This document shows positions 28,709 to 40,200 of a stretch of DNA of 64,000 nt, in pieces. Origin of the DNA: Camelus dromedarius (Eukaryota). How positions within the stretch are numbered: position 1 is the first letter of the stretch; each line of letters starts with the position of its first letter. The notes below the pieces were generated by a model. It was not told where the DNA came from. It did not search any database and saw only the letters and a program-made list of their open reading frames with translations. The DNA is taken from assembly GCF_036321535.1 (NCBI RefSeq), contig NC_087447.1:7564001-7628000 (forward strand), in the 5' to 3' direction. The position numbers and the translations under genes are program-made.

Positions 28709-31018
28709 TCAGGTGGAACCTCCCTGGACCCGGTTGTAGAGGAAGATGGCGCCTTTGGCCGAGGGACAGAGCTCAGTCCACATTTCCATCTCCTGCAACC
28801 TGGGCATACTCTGTGGGGAGACAGTGAGATCCACAACATTACGACCTCAGGTTTCTTGAGGTGGCTGTTCTTGAGTTCACAAGTGTTCCACAGTTCCCGG
28901 GCCTCAGAGCCCTCTGGGGAGACATGTTAAGGGGGCTGAAAAGGTCCCTGGCCCTCCCCCTTGAGCTGAGGGCATCCTCAATGAAGCCTTGTGACTCTGG
29001 AGGAAAGCCCTAAGAGATTTGGGACCCCCTCTGACCCAGCCCAGGAAGACAGACATGCATCACCAGGCCTCCACAAGGCTCCTTAACCAAATGAGACACA
29101 CTTTGCCACCTCAAACCTGTGTCTCTACAAAGATGATTCCTGTGGATTCGTGGGCCTCAGGTCCCCCATTCATGTAGTGCTTCCTCACCTGCTCAGAAGT
29201 CAGGCTGCACCTGGACAAGGACATGAGAGTGGCCTGGTGAATGCCTAGCCCCTAGAGAGCCCCTGTGGGGCCCTAGCCCCTCAACCACCCACCTACCCCA
29301 GGACCCAGGACAATGTTCCCCAGAGCTCACTCACTGGACGTAGAACTCGGCACTGGCACGGCCGGCACTAGTCTCATTGCTGGCAATGCCCAATAACAGT
29401 GGCTGGCTCAGGGTGAGCAGTGGCAGGTTCACCTGGAGCCAGGGGTACCACCTGTCAATGCCCACTGCCTACATCTCTTCCCCTCTCAATGAAGAACAGC
29501 ATGTTACCCCTGTACAGCATCTTACAGTTTGTAGTTCAAGTGCCCAGAATCACAGAATGTCAGATCTCAGGCATGTTCATTTTACATGGGAAAACCAAAA
29601 CCCCTGAGACATTGAACAATTCGCCAAGGTCACCCAAGGGAAGTGGATTTAGTAACCCGGACTCTCATTTATTCCTCTTTTCAACAAACCTGGGGGTAGT
29701 AGGCAAGACATCTATTATTGCTCACATTGTAAAGAGGGAGACCTTGAGGCACACAGAAATGAGGGCAAGAGCGGGGAGGGTATAGCTCAGTGGTAGAGCA
29801 CGTGCCTAGCATGCACAAGGTCATGGGTTCAATCCCCAGTACCTCCATCAAATAAAATAATAATAATAACAATAATAATAATAAAATAAGTAAATAAACC
29901 TAATTACCTCCCCCCCCAAAAGCAAACAAACAAAAGAAATGAGGGCTACAGACCCACTTCAAGTGTGCTGAGCTGCAAAGCCAAGCTCTTTGCTCAAAGC
30001 CAGATGCCTGCAGATCCTTCCGCCAGCCCAGATCTGTGGAATTCTGGCATGTTCTATGCCCTCCCTCGTCTACCACCCTGTCAGGGTCGCCCCTCACTCA
30101 CCTCATCACAGATCTCCTGGAGGACACTGGAAAAGAGCTCATGCACCACCAGCTCCCCAGGGAGGTCCTTGTGCAGGGGGCTGTCACCTGGGCACAGGGC
30201 CTGTGAGAGGTCAGGCTCAGCCCCTGCTCTCCTCTTCCAGCCCTCCTATCCCCCATATTCACTGGCCCTGAGGGCCTGGTTGGGCACAGAGTAAGAGTCT
30301 TGGTGATCCCCTGACCCACGCCTTCCTTTTCCAGACAACCAGAGATCCAGCTAAGTCCTCTACCCTGCCTTCCCCAATTCCCTAGCTTCCCACAGGTCTG
30401 GGGCAGCATTCAGTGGGGAGGCTGCCCTGAGCAGAGATTTTTGGAGAAGAACCAAGCCAACTCCTCCTTTAATGGATGAGGAAAACCAAGCCGAGCTGTC
30501 TGGGCTTTTGTACCTTTGTGCCAAACCTGGCATCTCACCTGAGGCTCAGGATGCCCACCAGGAACATCCACCAGCCCAGGTGCCTCAGCCACCTGCCCAG
30601 AGCGGCGCAGGAAGACAAGGAAGTCGTCAGCGGTGACCAGTGCGGCGCCTACCCCTAGGGGGTCCGCTAGGTAGGCTTGCTTATCCCCCCAATCGGTGGC
30701 CCCCTGCTGTCGCAGCCAGGCAGCTGAACTGGCCCAGTTGGTGCCCAGGAAGTCTCGATAAGAAGTAAGGCCCAGGCGCAGGAGCAGCTGTGGCCCTGAT
30801 GAGCCAGTGGGCACCAGTGTGGCGGAGTGCAGGCGGAACTTCGGGGCGTCAAAGAGCCAGGGCTGGGCCTGAAGCCGGCTCTCCCAGACAGCAGTGATGG
30901 CCTTGTCTCCTCCTGGCAATGGGCGACGGTCGTAGGCTGGGCCCAGCTCAGCCCGTACCTGCTCCTTAGGCAGCCCCCGGGGAGGGCACTGCAGCAGCAG
31001 GGACACCTCAGGGTCCAT
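28709..31018 (-). CDS. NUDT22: Nudix hydrolase 22 (UDP-glucose/galactose hydrolase family), 290 aa
   Basis: Exons 31018-30539 ([12 protein letters not shown]...PGGHPEPQ), 30200-30102, 29432-29335, 29210-29117, 28810-28709 (TGA); sum 873 nt. Non-coding exon 1 donor at 31386, exon 2 acceptor at 31036. Confidence 0.96.
29500..29760 (-). mobile_element. MIR SINE fragments
   Basis: CATTTTACATGGGAAAAC...CCAAGGTCAC; CACATTGTAAAGAGGGAGACCTTGAGGCAC. Confidence 0.55.
29773..29934 (+). mobile_element. tRNA-Ala-derived camelid SINE (vic-1 type)
   Basis: GGGGAGGGTATAGCTCAGTGGTAGAG...GGTTCAATCCCCAGTACCTCCA head, (AAT)n tail, CCTAATTACCTCCCC 3' motif; TSD AGAAATGAGGGC at 29755-29766 and 29935-29946. Confidence 0.85.
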
Positions 31019-31329
31019 GGTCTGTACAGGACAGTTCTGGGGAAGGACACAGCCAGGCCTGTCACCCGAGGGGACCTACAGCCACCCTTGGGCACAGCAG
31101 CTGGCCCCCTCTGCCTGAGACCTCCTGAGGGTACCCCCAGCCCTTCTGTACCCCACTGACCGCTCCCGGGGCAGTAAAGGGTCTTATCATCCCAGCAAGA
31201 GCTCCGAGGCTCCTGCTGCCAGACATCCCTGAGACTGATTCACGGGCATCCCTACCACCCAGAGGTCCTGAATCCAGCCACCCTCTAAAGTCCATGCCTC
31301 CTAAAACCATGGGAACCTCCTCCAACCTC

Positions 31330-31680
31330 CGACGGCCCCGTACCCCTCCCGGAGTCCGGAAGCTCCAGCTTCCAGCCGGCACTTACCCGCCCACTCTCTC
31401 CTCAGGCTCCTCCCCTTTCCCCCGCAGCGGAAGTGCCCGCCCCCTTCTTCCTCGGCTTTTCATTGGCCGGTTCCGGCGCTCCGGCCCGGCGGAGGGTGTC
31501 AGCCGTCCGCACCCGGCGTTGGTAGTCCTGCTCTTCCCTCCTCCTTCCGTCTCTAACTACTTTGGCCAGCCTTGACGCTTCCGCCTCGTTAGCCGGGACG
31601 CTGATTCCGCCTCCCTGGGCCTGCCTTCCGGAGCCTGGAGCTCGGGGGCTCGGCTTCCCTGGGCCTTCGGCCCCGTGGCT
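31330..31680. promoter_or_regulatory. NUDT22/TRPT1 bidirectional CpG promoter
   Basis: Head-to-head genes; ETS CGGAAGTG 31428-31435; ATTGG 31462-31466; NUDT22 donor CGG|GTAAGT at 31386. Confidence 0.85.
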
Positions 31681-31883
31681 GACACAGTGTGATCTTGGGC
31701 AAGTCTTGCCTGCTGGGCCTCAGTTTACCTCTCCGCACCAGGGAGTTGTGGGTGGGAAGTGAATTTATTGACCTGAATATCCAGCTGTCACATTCGGAGG
31801 CTTTGTGACTTTCTGGGCAGAGTGGGGGTATGGGAATGTCCTTAACAGTCCTCACATGTCACTGCTCCCCACAGGTCTTGGCC

Positions 31884-33873
31884 ATGAACTCCTCTGGAGG
31901 AAGGAGGCAGGAAGCAGCAGGGCCCAGGAGAAGGGCTCACAAACCCCGTGAACAGGTGTGCTTTTCCCACCCTCACTCCAGCTCCCGTGGTAGGAGGATT
32001 GGAGAGGGGAACTCTGAGCCCTGGGATGGGAGTGGGGCCTGATGGGTCGTACTATTCCCTGGAGCACAGGGCCTCCTCTCCCTCTGGTCTCCATCTGCAG
32101 GGGGTCACTCAGAGTTCAGGGTGAGAAGTAGGGCAGGATCACCATGGGGACTAGGGGCCACCTCTGGGCTCTTTCAGGACCGAGATGTACAATTATCCAA
32201 GGCTCTGTCCTACACCCTGCGCCACGGGGCCTTGAAACTGGGGCTTCCCATGGGAGCTGGTAAGTGAGCATCGTGAAGGCTGGGCCTAGGAGTGATTGGA
32301 ACCCAGGGAGAGTGTGAGCCTATCTGTGACTGCCTTCCCCTGTAGCTCCCACCATGGCCCTATGGGGATGGCACCCAAGGCACATCCCTTCCATGTACAG
32401 GGAAGACCTAGACCCATAGCCCAGTATCACATCCAGTGCAGACTGGGAGAGGAGCCTCTATCTGGGCCGAGCTTGATGATACCTCCCGCTCAGTGGCCCA
32501 ATGAACACTTATCCCAAGAGTGGGCACTGGGGTCTGTTGGGGCAACTGATGTTTACTGAGTGTCCACTCTGGGCCGGGCACTGTGCTTTATCTTGGTGAC
32601 CCTCGAGACAGATCCTATTCCCATGCCAGTTGAGAAAATTGAGGCCCAGAAAGGGGAGATTTTCTAAAGGTCACATAGGCTCTATTCTTGTTGCCTGTGG
32701 CTCCCACTGTTAATTCTGGCCCAGGCCAGAGCAAGTTCGGCTCCTGACCACCCTGCCCACCTGCAGATGGCTTTGTGCCCCTGGGTGCCCTCCTGCAGCT
32801 GCCCCAGTTCTGCAGCTTCTCAGCTGAAGATGTACAGCGCGTGGTGGACACCAATGGGAAGCAGCGGTTCGCCCTGCAGCCAGGGGACCCCGGCATTGGC
32901 CTTCTCATCCGGGCCAATCAGGGCCACTCCCTGCAGGTGGGGGCTAAGGGGACAAGTGGGAGAACCAGGCAGGATCTCTGCTGGTGAGGGGTTCTCACTG
33001 CTGCCAATTCCCCCACCCATCCCAGGTACCTGAGTTGGAGCTGATGCCCCTGGAGACCCCACAGGCCCTGCCCTTGATGCTCGTCCATGGCACATTCTGG
33101 CGGCACTGGCCATCCATCCTGATCAAGGGCCTGTCCTGCCGGGGAAGGGCACACATACACCTGGCCCCGGGACTGCCTGGGGACCCTGGTGTCATCAGTG
33201 GTCAGTGCCCACCCCACCAACTACTCCCACCCAATCTGTCCTCCCAGATCCCCCTCCAAGTGTCATCACCTCCCTTGTCTAGGGCCACTACAGACCCTGT
33301 ATGCAGGAGCACCTCCTCTTCCCTGCACTGAGCCAGGGACCCCAGCCTGCCTAAGTTTGATAACCGCAACCCACACGCCCCAGGCCCCAGCTCCATTGTC
33401 TCCATAGGCATGCGGCCAAACTGTGAAGTGGCTGTGTTCATCAATGGGCCCCTGGCCCTGGCAGGTAAGTCTGGATACAGTAGGGACCGCCCCAGACCTT
33501 CAGAGAGGTCATAAGTCACGTCTCTGTCTCTGTCTGAAGATGGAATCCCCTTTTTCCGCTCTGCCAATGGGGTGATTCTGACTCCAGGAAATACTGATGG
33601 CATCCTGCTTCCCAAGTACTTCAAGGAGGCCCTGCAGCTACGCCCTACCCGTAAGAAGCACCACCCCACCCCTCTTCTTTGTGCCTGAAGTCTGTGCTCT
33701 CTGCCTCACATCTTCCCCACTTCCCAGCCCCAGGCTGACTTAGGTCTCCCTTCTTCTAACCAGCTCTTATCTGTATCTCAGGAAAGCCCCTCTCCTTGGC
33801 TGGTAATGAAGAGACAGAATGTCAGAGTGGCCCCAAGCACAGTTCCAGAGGAAGAAGGGTGACCCAACAATAA
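31884..33873 (+). CDS. TRPT1: tRNA 2'-phosphotransferase 1 (Tpt1/KptA family), 252 aa
   Basis: Exons 31884-31955, 32178-32259 (LSKALSYTLRHGA), 32767-32936 (IRANQGHS), 33026-33200 (LVHGT, HIHLA), 33408-33464, 33540-33650 (RSANGVILT), 33782-33873 (TAA); sum 759 nt. Confidence 0.97.
32550..32720 (-). mobile_element. MIR SINE
   Basis: GTTTACTGAGTGTCCACT...GAGAAAATTGAGGCCCAGAAAGG...AAGGTCACA. Confidence 0.65.
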
Positions 33874-33874
33874 A
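33869..33874 (+). terminator. TRPT1 polyadenylation signal overlapping the stop codon (second AATAAA 33893-33898)
   Basis: CAA TAA A creates AATAAA across the stop. Confidence 0.75.
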
Positions 33875-33877
33875 ATA

Positions 33878-33883
33878 TTTATT
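33878..33883 (-). terminator. FERMT3 polyadenylation signal AATAAA
   Basis: First minus-strand AATAAA downstream of the FERMT3 stop (365 nt). Confidence 0.8.
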
Positions 33884-34248
33884 TTTTTTAAAAATAAAAA
33901 AATGTAACAAGAAAGAAACTCTAATCTTAAACCATGAGTCATCATCCTGTAGCTGCAACTGGTCTTCCTTGTGTGCTCAGGAAGTACAGCTAGGTCAAGG
34001 GTGTTGGTCTTGGCCTTTCAGACAAGGGAAGGGCGGGTGCTGGACAAGCTCAGGGCCCACCTTTCCTAGCCTGGGGAGGGCAGAATCTGGCCCGGCCAGG
34101 TCCTTGGTCTGCACAAAGCCAGTGACAGTGGGTGAATGTGCCAGCTCAGTGCATATCTGGAGAGGGTGGGGGCACTGAGTCCTAGTGGGTGTAGGTTTAG
34201 GAGCGGTCGTGGCAGGTGGTGAGCAGGGTGGGGGCAATAAGACAGGCC

Positions 34249-37200
34249 TCAGAAGGCCTCGTGGCCTCCTGTGAGCTGCAGGAAGAGGTCCTCGTCCAGC
34301 TCCTCTCCGCGGGCCCGCTCCCGCGTTGACAAGAAAATGTAGCCCCCAATGTACTCATGCACAATGCGGCAGCTGGCAGACACGCAGCTGAAAGCCACGT
34401 TGATGTGCTCGTCAAACTCGATGGCCACCTGCAGGGTGGTCAGTCAGAGGGCTGGTGGGGGGTGGGCTAAGGCAGCAGCCCCTGCCCTGGCTGGGTTTGG
34501 CCAGCCCCCTGTCCCTCCCTCCGCCCTCACTCCGGGCCCACCTGCCGGATGTCCCAGTTGACATTCCACTGGCGCATGTTGCTGAAGCGCCAGGTCTTGA
34601 CCACATCGCCCACGGCCAAGTCAATGCGGATCAGTCGGTTGTTGGCAATGCCCAGGATCTCATCTTTCCTGCTGCCCTTGAACCTGGTGCCCAAAGGGAG
34701 AGAGTGTGAGGCAGGGCCCCACCCTGCATGGCCCCAGATCCTGCCCAGACAGCCTGGTGCAGCGCAGGAGCAAGCTTGCAAGTAAGTCATTTAAGTTCTC
34801 TGGGCCTCAAGTTCCTCATCTGGAAAATGGGAGTTCATTGAAATAATCACTGTGATAGCATTTAGCAGCGACAGGCAAATAGTCCATGCCTTTTAAATAG
34901 TGACTTTTTTTGATATCAGCATCGTCTATTTGCTCCTATCTTTGCAGGCTTGGAAAACAGGCCATCAAAGGGGGCAGTCCCTGTCATAGCAGCCACCCAT
35001 GGCCCTGTCCCTCAGACCAGCTACCCAAGATCCAAAGAGGGTCTGGGATGGGTGCTGGGTCTCCTGTTCTCCTGGCCTGATCTCTCTTGTTTGCTGTGCA
35101 GGTACAGGATGGAGGGGGCTGCACACAGAGTGTCCTCAGTAAGGTCTTCCAACAGAGGACAGGAAGGAAGGCCTCAGGGTGACACCTCCCAGGTGGCAGG
35201 GGAGGGCAGAGCGGGCTGGGGTGGGGCTTGTACCTGACCACGACATAAGAGATGCCAAAGTCGGGCAGGGACTGCCAGGCCTGGATGAAGCGCAGCTGGG
35301 CCTCTGACAGCGAGAGTTGGGCCACGTTCTGGTGGGCTTCCAGGATCCGTGGGGTGAGCTGCGGGACCACGCTGGTGAGGGGCTGCCAAAGTCCCTGAGA
35401 CCCCCTGCCTGTCCACATCAGGGAGACAGGGTGTACGGAGCCTAGGGCAGGGGCGGTGTCAGGGTGGGGCCACCTGAGGGCACGCTCTCACCATTCAGCA
35501 AATGTGAGCTGAGCCCTGTCCTGAGGTGGACATGGGCAGCTGGACCATGACCCATCCCAGAGGATGGGGACCAGCACGCTCAGTCTCAGGGACATGGATG
35601 GGAGAAGGAACCAGTGAGCCCTTGCATTTCTAGAGAAGGGCTCTGTGGAGATCCAGGGGCCAAGGGTGGCCAGGTAAACCCTGTGGTCATTCCCATCACC
35701 CACTCCCTCTGGCACCTGCTTGGCCTTGAACTTCCGCTGGAAGCGGGGGGCGACAAGGCCATAGGGGTTGAGGCCTTCAGTGGCGGCATCAGGGCCCTGG
35801 GGGTGGTTGCTCGAGCCCCCGCCGCCTGTCCGCTGCAGGCTAAGGAAGGCCAGAATGGCCTGCACCTCGCTGGAGTAGCTGCTGTCTGCCATGGTGCGGC
35901 CCTTGGAGGCCAGTCGGCAGCCGGCCATCCAGCGGGCATACTGCTGCTCCTGGGGTGGGAAGGATGAGGAGCAGGGTGAGAGGCCAGCCAGGCTCTGGCC
36001 CAGCCCTGGCCCCGGCCCAGCCCTGGCCCCGTTCCCACTCCAGCCTCAGCCCGGCCCTCACGCACATCCTGGCACCGCAGGTAGATCTCACTCATGCCCT
36101 CAGGGGAGGGCACCAGGAGTTTGATGCAGAACTTCTGGCCTGAGACGTTGACATCGGGGACCACCTCACATCCTGGAGGGAGAAGGAAGACTAGGAGGCC
36201 AAGGAAGGGAGCCCTGATGAGAGATCCCCAGGTGAATGGCAGCCACGCACAGCAGCCTCAGGACAGAGGGCATCCTCCCAGGCACCCAGGAGGAAACAAG
36301 TGACAGCATTCACCTGACCAGCCCACAGGTGGTCCTGTAGGCCCCAGCCAGCCCCTGCCCTTGCCCCTCTCTTGGCCAGGCCGCCCTCACTCACCCTTGA
36401 GGTTGAGTTGCTGAATGGGGTCCCCTGGGGACTCATCCTGGCTCTTGTAGTAGGACAGTGTGGTCTCCTTGAACACCACCCAGTGCTGGCGGTACCCCTT
36501 CAGGGTCAGCTTCCGGGGCCTGAGGGTAGGGCAGGAGGTTCAGGACAGGCTGTCTCCCTTCCTCCTGGACTCTCTCCACACTGGGTCCCTTTAGCAGGGC
36601 TGCCAACTCTCAGCCCAAACTCACCGGAAGATCCGGAGATGGTCCTTGAGTTCTGGGATGGTGGTGAGGCTGTCCTGGGGAGGAGAGGAGTCAGGGGGAA
36701 CCTGGTCCCTGCAGTTGACCCTGACCCCAACTTCTGACCAGAGCCCCTCCTCACCAGCACATCTGTGGGCGCCGAGCCCTCCAGCTTCACCTCCAGGTTG
36801 CTCAGGGCTGCATCTAGGTCGTCCAGCCCTGGGTCTGTGCTGGCTGGCTCGTCTACCTCCCCGCTCTGGGACAGCTTGTTGATGTGGTACTGGGAGGGGC
36901 ACACGGCCAGGAAGGGCTTAGTAGGCCACCCATCAGCCCAACAGTGCCCTCAGCTGGGCTTTCTGGAGATGGGTCCCCTCCCCTGGAAGACCCTCCCTGC
37001 CCTGGGCCTGGCCTGCACCCAGCTGCCCCGGGCCCCCAGGCCTGCCTGGCACCTGCAGGGCTGCAAACACCATCATCTCCTCCTCCGTGCAGTCAATCTC
37101 CTCCAGCAGCAGGTCCCACCGAGCCTGCTCGTACAGCTGGGTCAGCCGCACTGGGTCTATCTGGAGTGGTGGGAGGAGGAGGCTGAGTTGGTTGGGTGCC

Positions 37201-40200
37201 AACTGCCCTGAGCACCCTGTGCACCCAGCTCCTGCGCGCTTCAGCCCTCAGCTCTGCCCTCTGTGCCAGCTCACTGAGTGGCCCCACACAGGCAGCAGAC
37301 CCCAATCCCAGCCTCCTAGCTGCCGGCCCCATCTGCCCAGGTAGGTGGCAGCTTCGTCCCTCTAAAACTTTTTGTACAGATACTTACTCTGTCTACTGTG
37401 TGCCCTGCATGCTGCTGAAGGGACAAGGGGGGCTGAGTAAACCAATCAATAAATAAGTGAAGTGATTCAAGAGTGCAATCAAAGCTATAGAGGAAATAGA
37501 TTCCAGTGGGGGAGGGTATAGCTCAGTGGTAGAGTGAGTGCTTAACATGCATGAGGTCCTGGGTTCAATCCCCAGTACCTCCATTAAAAATAGATAAATA
37601 AACCTAACTACCTCCCCCGACAAAAAAAGGAAATAGATTCCAAAGGGTGGCTCACTCATGCCCTCAGGTAAGAACCCCACAAGTTTGATCGTGATGAGAG
37701 AGAATGGAACTGGGGTGCAGGGGTGCTACACTATATGAGGAAGCTTTCAGGGAAGGCTTCCCTGAGGAGGAGACATGCTTGTACTGAGACCTGAGGGATG
37801 ACAACAGGCCACTGAAGGGAAGAGTGATAGGAAGACTATTCCAGAGAGAAGGAACAAGGAGCTCAAAAGGGGATCCCAGTTACCCACAGAAGATCAGGCC
37901 CACACTCCTTCTGAAACCCACCAGAACTGACAGCATAAAAAGGGTAAACCGAAAAGGACAAGAGAGAGAGGACTACAGCAGGTGAGAGACGCCAACAAAA
38001 TTTTGGAAGATGGGTAGTGAAAACATGGATGGGAACTGAGTTGCAGGGAGGAAGAGCTAGGATCTCACGCCCTTTTCCCTGTCTTGTTCTATGGTGAAGG
38101 CACTAAAGAGTTTTGAAAATATCAGAGAACAAACAGCAAAAAGAACTAAGATCTGAGCAAAAGATCCAGTTCACAAAGCGGACAGTCTCCAGTCTGGGAT
38201 CCTCTGGCTGAGAGGTGAGGGTGGGCTGAAATGAGGACCAGAGAAAGTCTCTAAATGGAGCAGTTTTTTCCCACTCCCTGCACCTAAGTGGCAACCAGCT
38301 GGCACCTGGTAGAAGCCAGAGGTTTGCTCTCTGGAGATGCTGAGCCAGAGGTACCCCTGCATTTGGTACTCTAGGTGCAGCTGGGTTGGGGTTCACTGTC
38401 CTGAAAACAAAGGAATTAAGAAAAAGTTGGTGTTTTGAAAGGTGAGACACCCCCAGCCCTTCCCTACTTGTCACCAAAGACATTGATAGCAAGCCTTCTA
38501 TACCCAGTCAGGAGATCAGAGATTTCACTGCTGAGAAGCCAAACAGAAAACCCCCACAAAGAGTAGTATCCCTGCCCCATCCCCCCCAGGAGGCCCCCAA
38601 AATGCCAAGCCCTCTTCATCCACTCAGAGTTTCCAATTGGCTTCGTAGAGCCTTACTTCTAAATATGAAAGGACAGGCAGGGATTACCCACATTGAAAGA
38701 AAGCTGCTAGCTAGCATGAACTACAGAGACCAAGTCAAATGGGGGGGAAAGAGCTGGGAGGAAATAAAGTAGGGAGCAGGAAAAACTTCAAACACTGGTC
38801 AAAATCCTTACAGAGACAAACTACCACATTCATAAAACAAGAACACAATGTTGTTTTTTAAAGGAACGTAATTATAAAGTTAAAGGAATTAAGACAGCAT
38901 GGCACTGACAAAGAGAGACAAATTGATCGATGGAATCAAAGAAACAGTTGGAGAGAGACCTACACATGTTCACCTGACTTAGGACAAAGGTGATCTTGCC
39001 ATCACTGGGGAAAGGATGCTCTTTTCAATAAATGGAACTGGGTCAGTTGGATACCCATATGGTAAAAAGATGTATTTTTACCCCTACTTTATGCCACATA
39101 CAAATATCAATTCCAGATGGATTGCAGATCTAAATATGAAAGTTAAAACAATAAAGCCTTTAGAGAAAAATAGAACTACAGATTGTATTAACATTAGGAA
39201 CTTCTGCTTATCCAACATAAACTATTAAGAGAATGAAAAGGCAAAGCACAGAGCGGGGAAAATATTCATGATATATTTATCTGACAAAGTACTCATGTGC
39301 AGAATATATAAAGAACTACTAAGGAACAATATGAAAAAGACAAGCAACTCAGTATAAAAATTGGCAAAACAGTTGAACAGAAACTTCACAAAAGAGGATA
39401 CCCAAATGACTAATAGCCATATGAAAAATTTCTCAACATGGCTAGTCATCAGAGAAATGTAAATTAGAGCCACATAAAAAGCACATCAGTGATTGTCTGG
39501 GGTTGGGTGTGGGAGGAGAAATGACTGCAAATGGGCACTAGAGAACTTCCTAGGGTGATGGAAATGTTCTAAAACTGGGTTGTGGTGATGGTTGCACAAC
39601 TGTATAAACTTACTAAAAATAAGCTGAATGCCTACAGTGGGTGATTTTTATGGTATGTAGTTATAGCTCAGTAAAGCTGCTTGAAAAAACAAACAAAATA
39701 CCATATGAGATACCATTACACACCTACCAGAATGGCTACAATGGAAAATACAGGGAATACCACATGCTGGTGAAGTTACAGAACAACTGAAACTCTCATA
39801 CACTACTGATGGGGCTGTAAATTGGGACTGCCACTTTGGAAACTGTTTGACAATTATCTGCTACAACTAAACCAATGCCTGCCCTGTTACCCAGCAGTTC
39901 CACCTCTGGGTATACACCCTACAGAAATGTGTGCATATCTTCACTAAAAGGCGTATACTGGAATGTTCATAGCATTTGTATTCATAACAGGCCAATATGG
40001 AAATTGCACAATGCCCATCAACAGTAGAATGGAAAATTAATTGTGGTATGTTGATGTCATGGAATATTACACACCAATAAGAAAGAATATGCTACCTCTA
40101 TATGCAACATGGATGAATCATACAAGCATAATGCTGAGTGATAGAAGCCAGACACAAAAGAGTATAGACCGTGTGATATCATAGATTTAAAATACAGGCA

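Noticed and set aside
28709-28711. Programmed read-through or selenocysteine at NUDT22 TGA (and STIP1 TGA TGA)
   Set aside because: Context is TGA-G rather than TGA-CTAG, and I saw no SECIS-like stem.
29773-29847. tRNA-Ala(AGC) gene (also the copies at 37508, 42372, 40600, 60750)
   Set aside because: Extra 5' GGGGA, substitutions in stems, A-rich tails, shared 3' CCTAATTACC motif and TSDs mark them as SINEs.
35985-36055. Short degenerate repeats (GGCCCAGCCCT-like; also CCCAGAC x3 at about 47514-47537) as an array
   Set aside because: Two to three copies, no unique spacers; ordinary intronic slippage. No CRISPR-like structure anywhere in the window.
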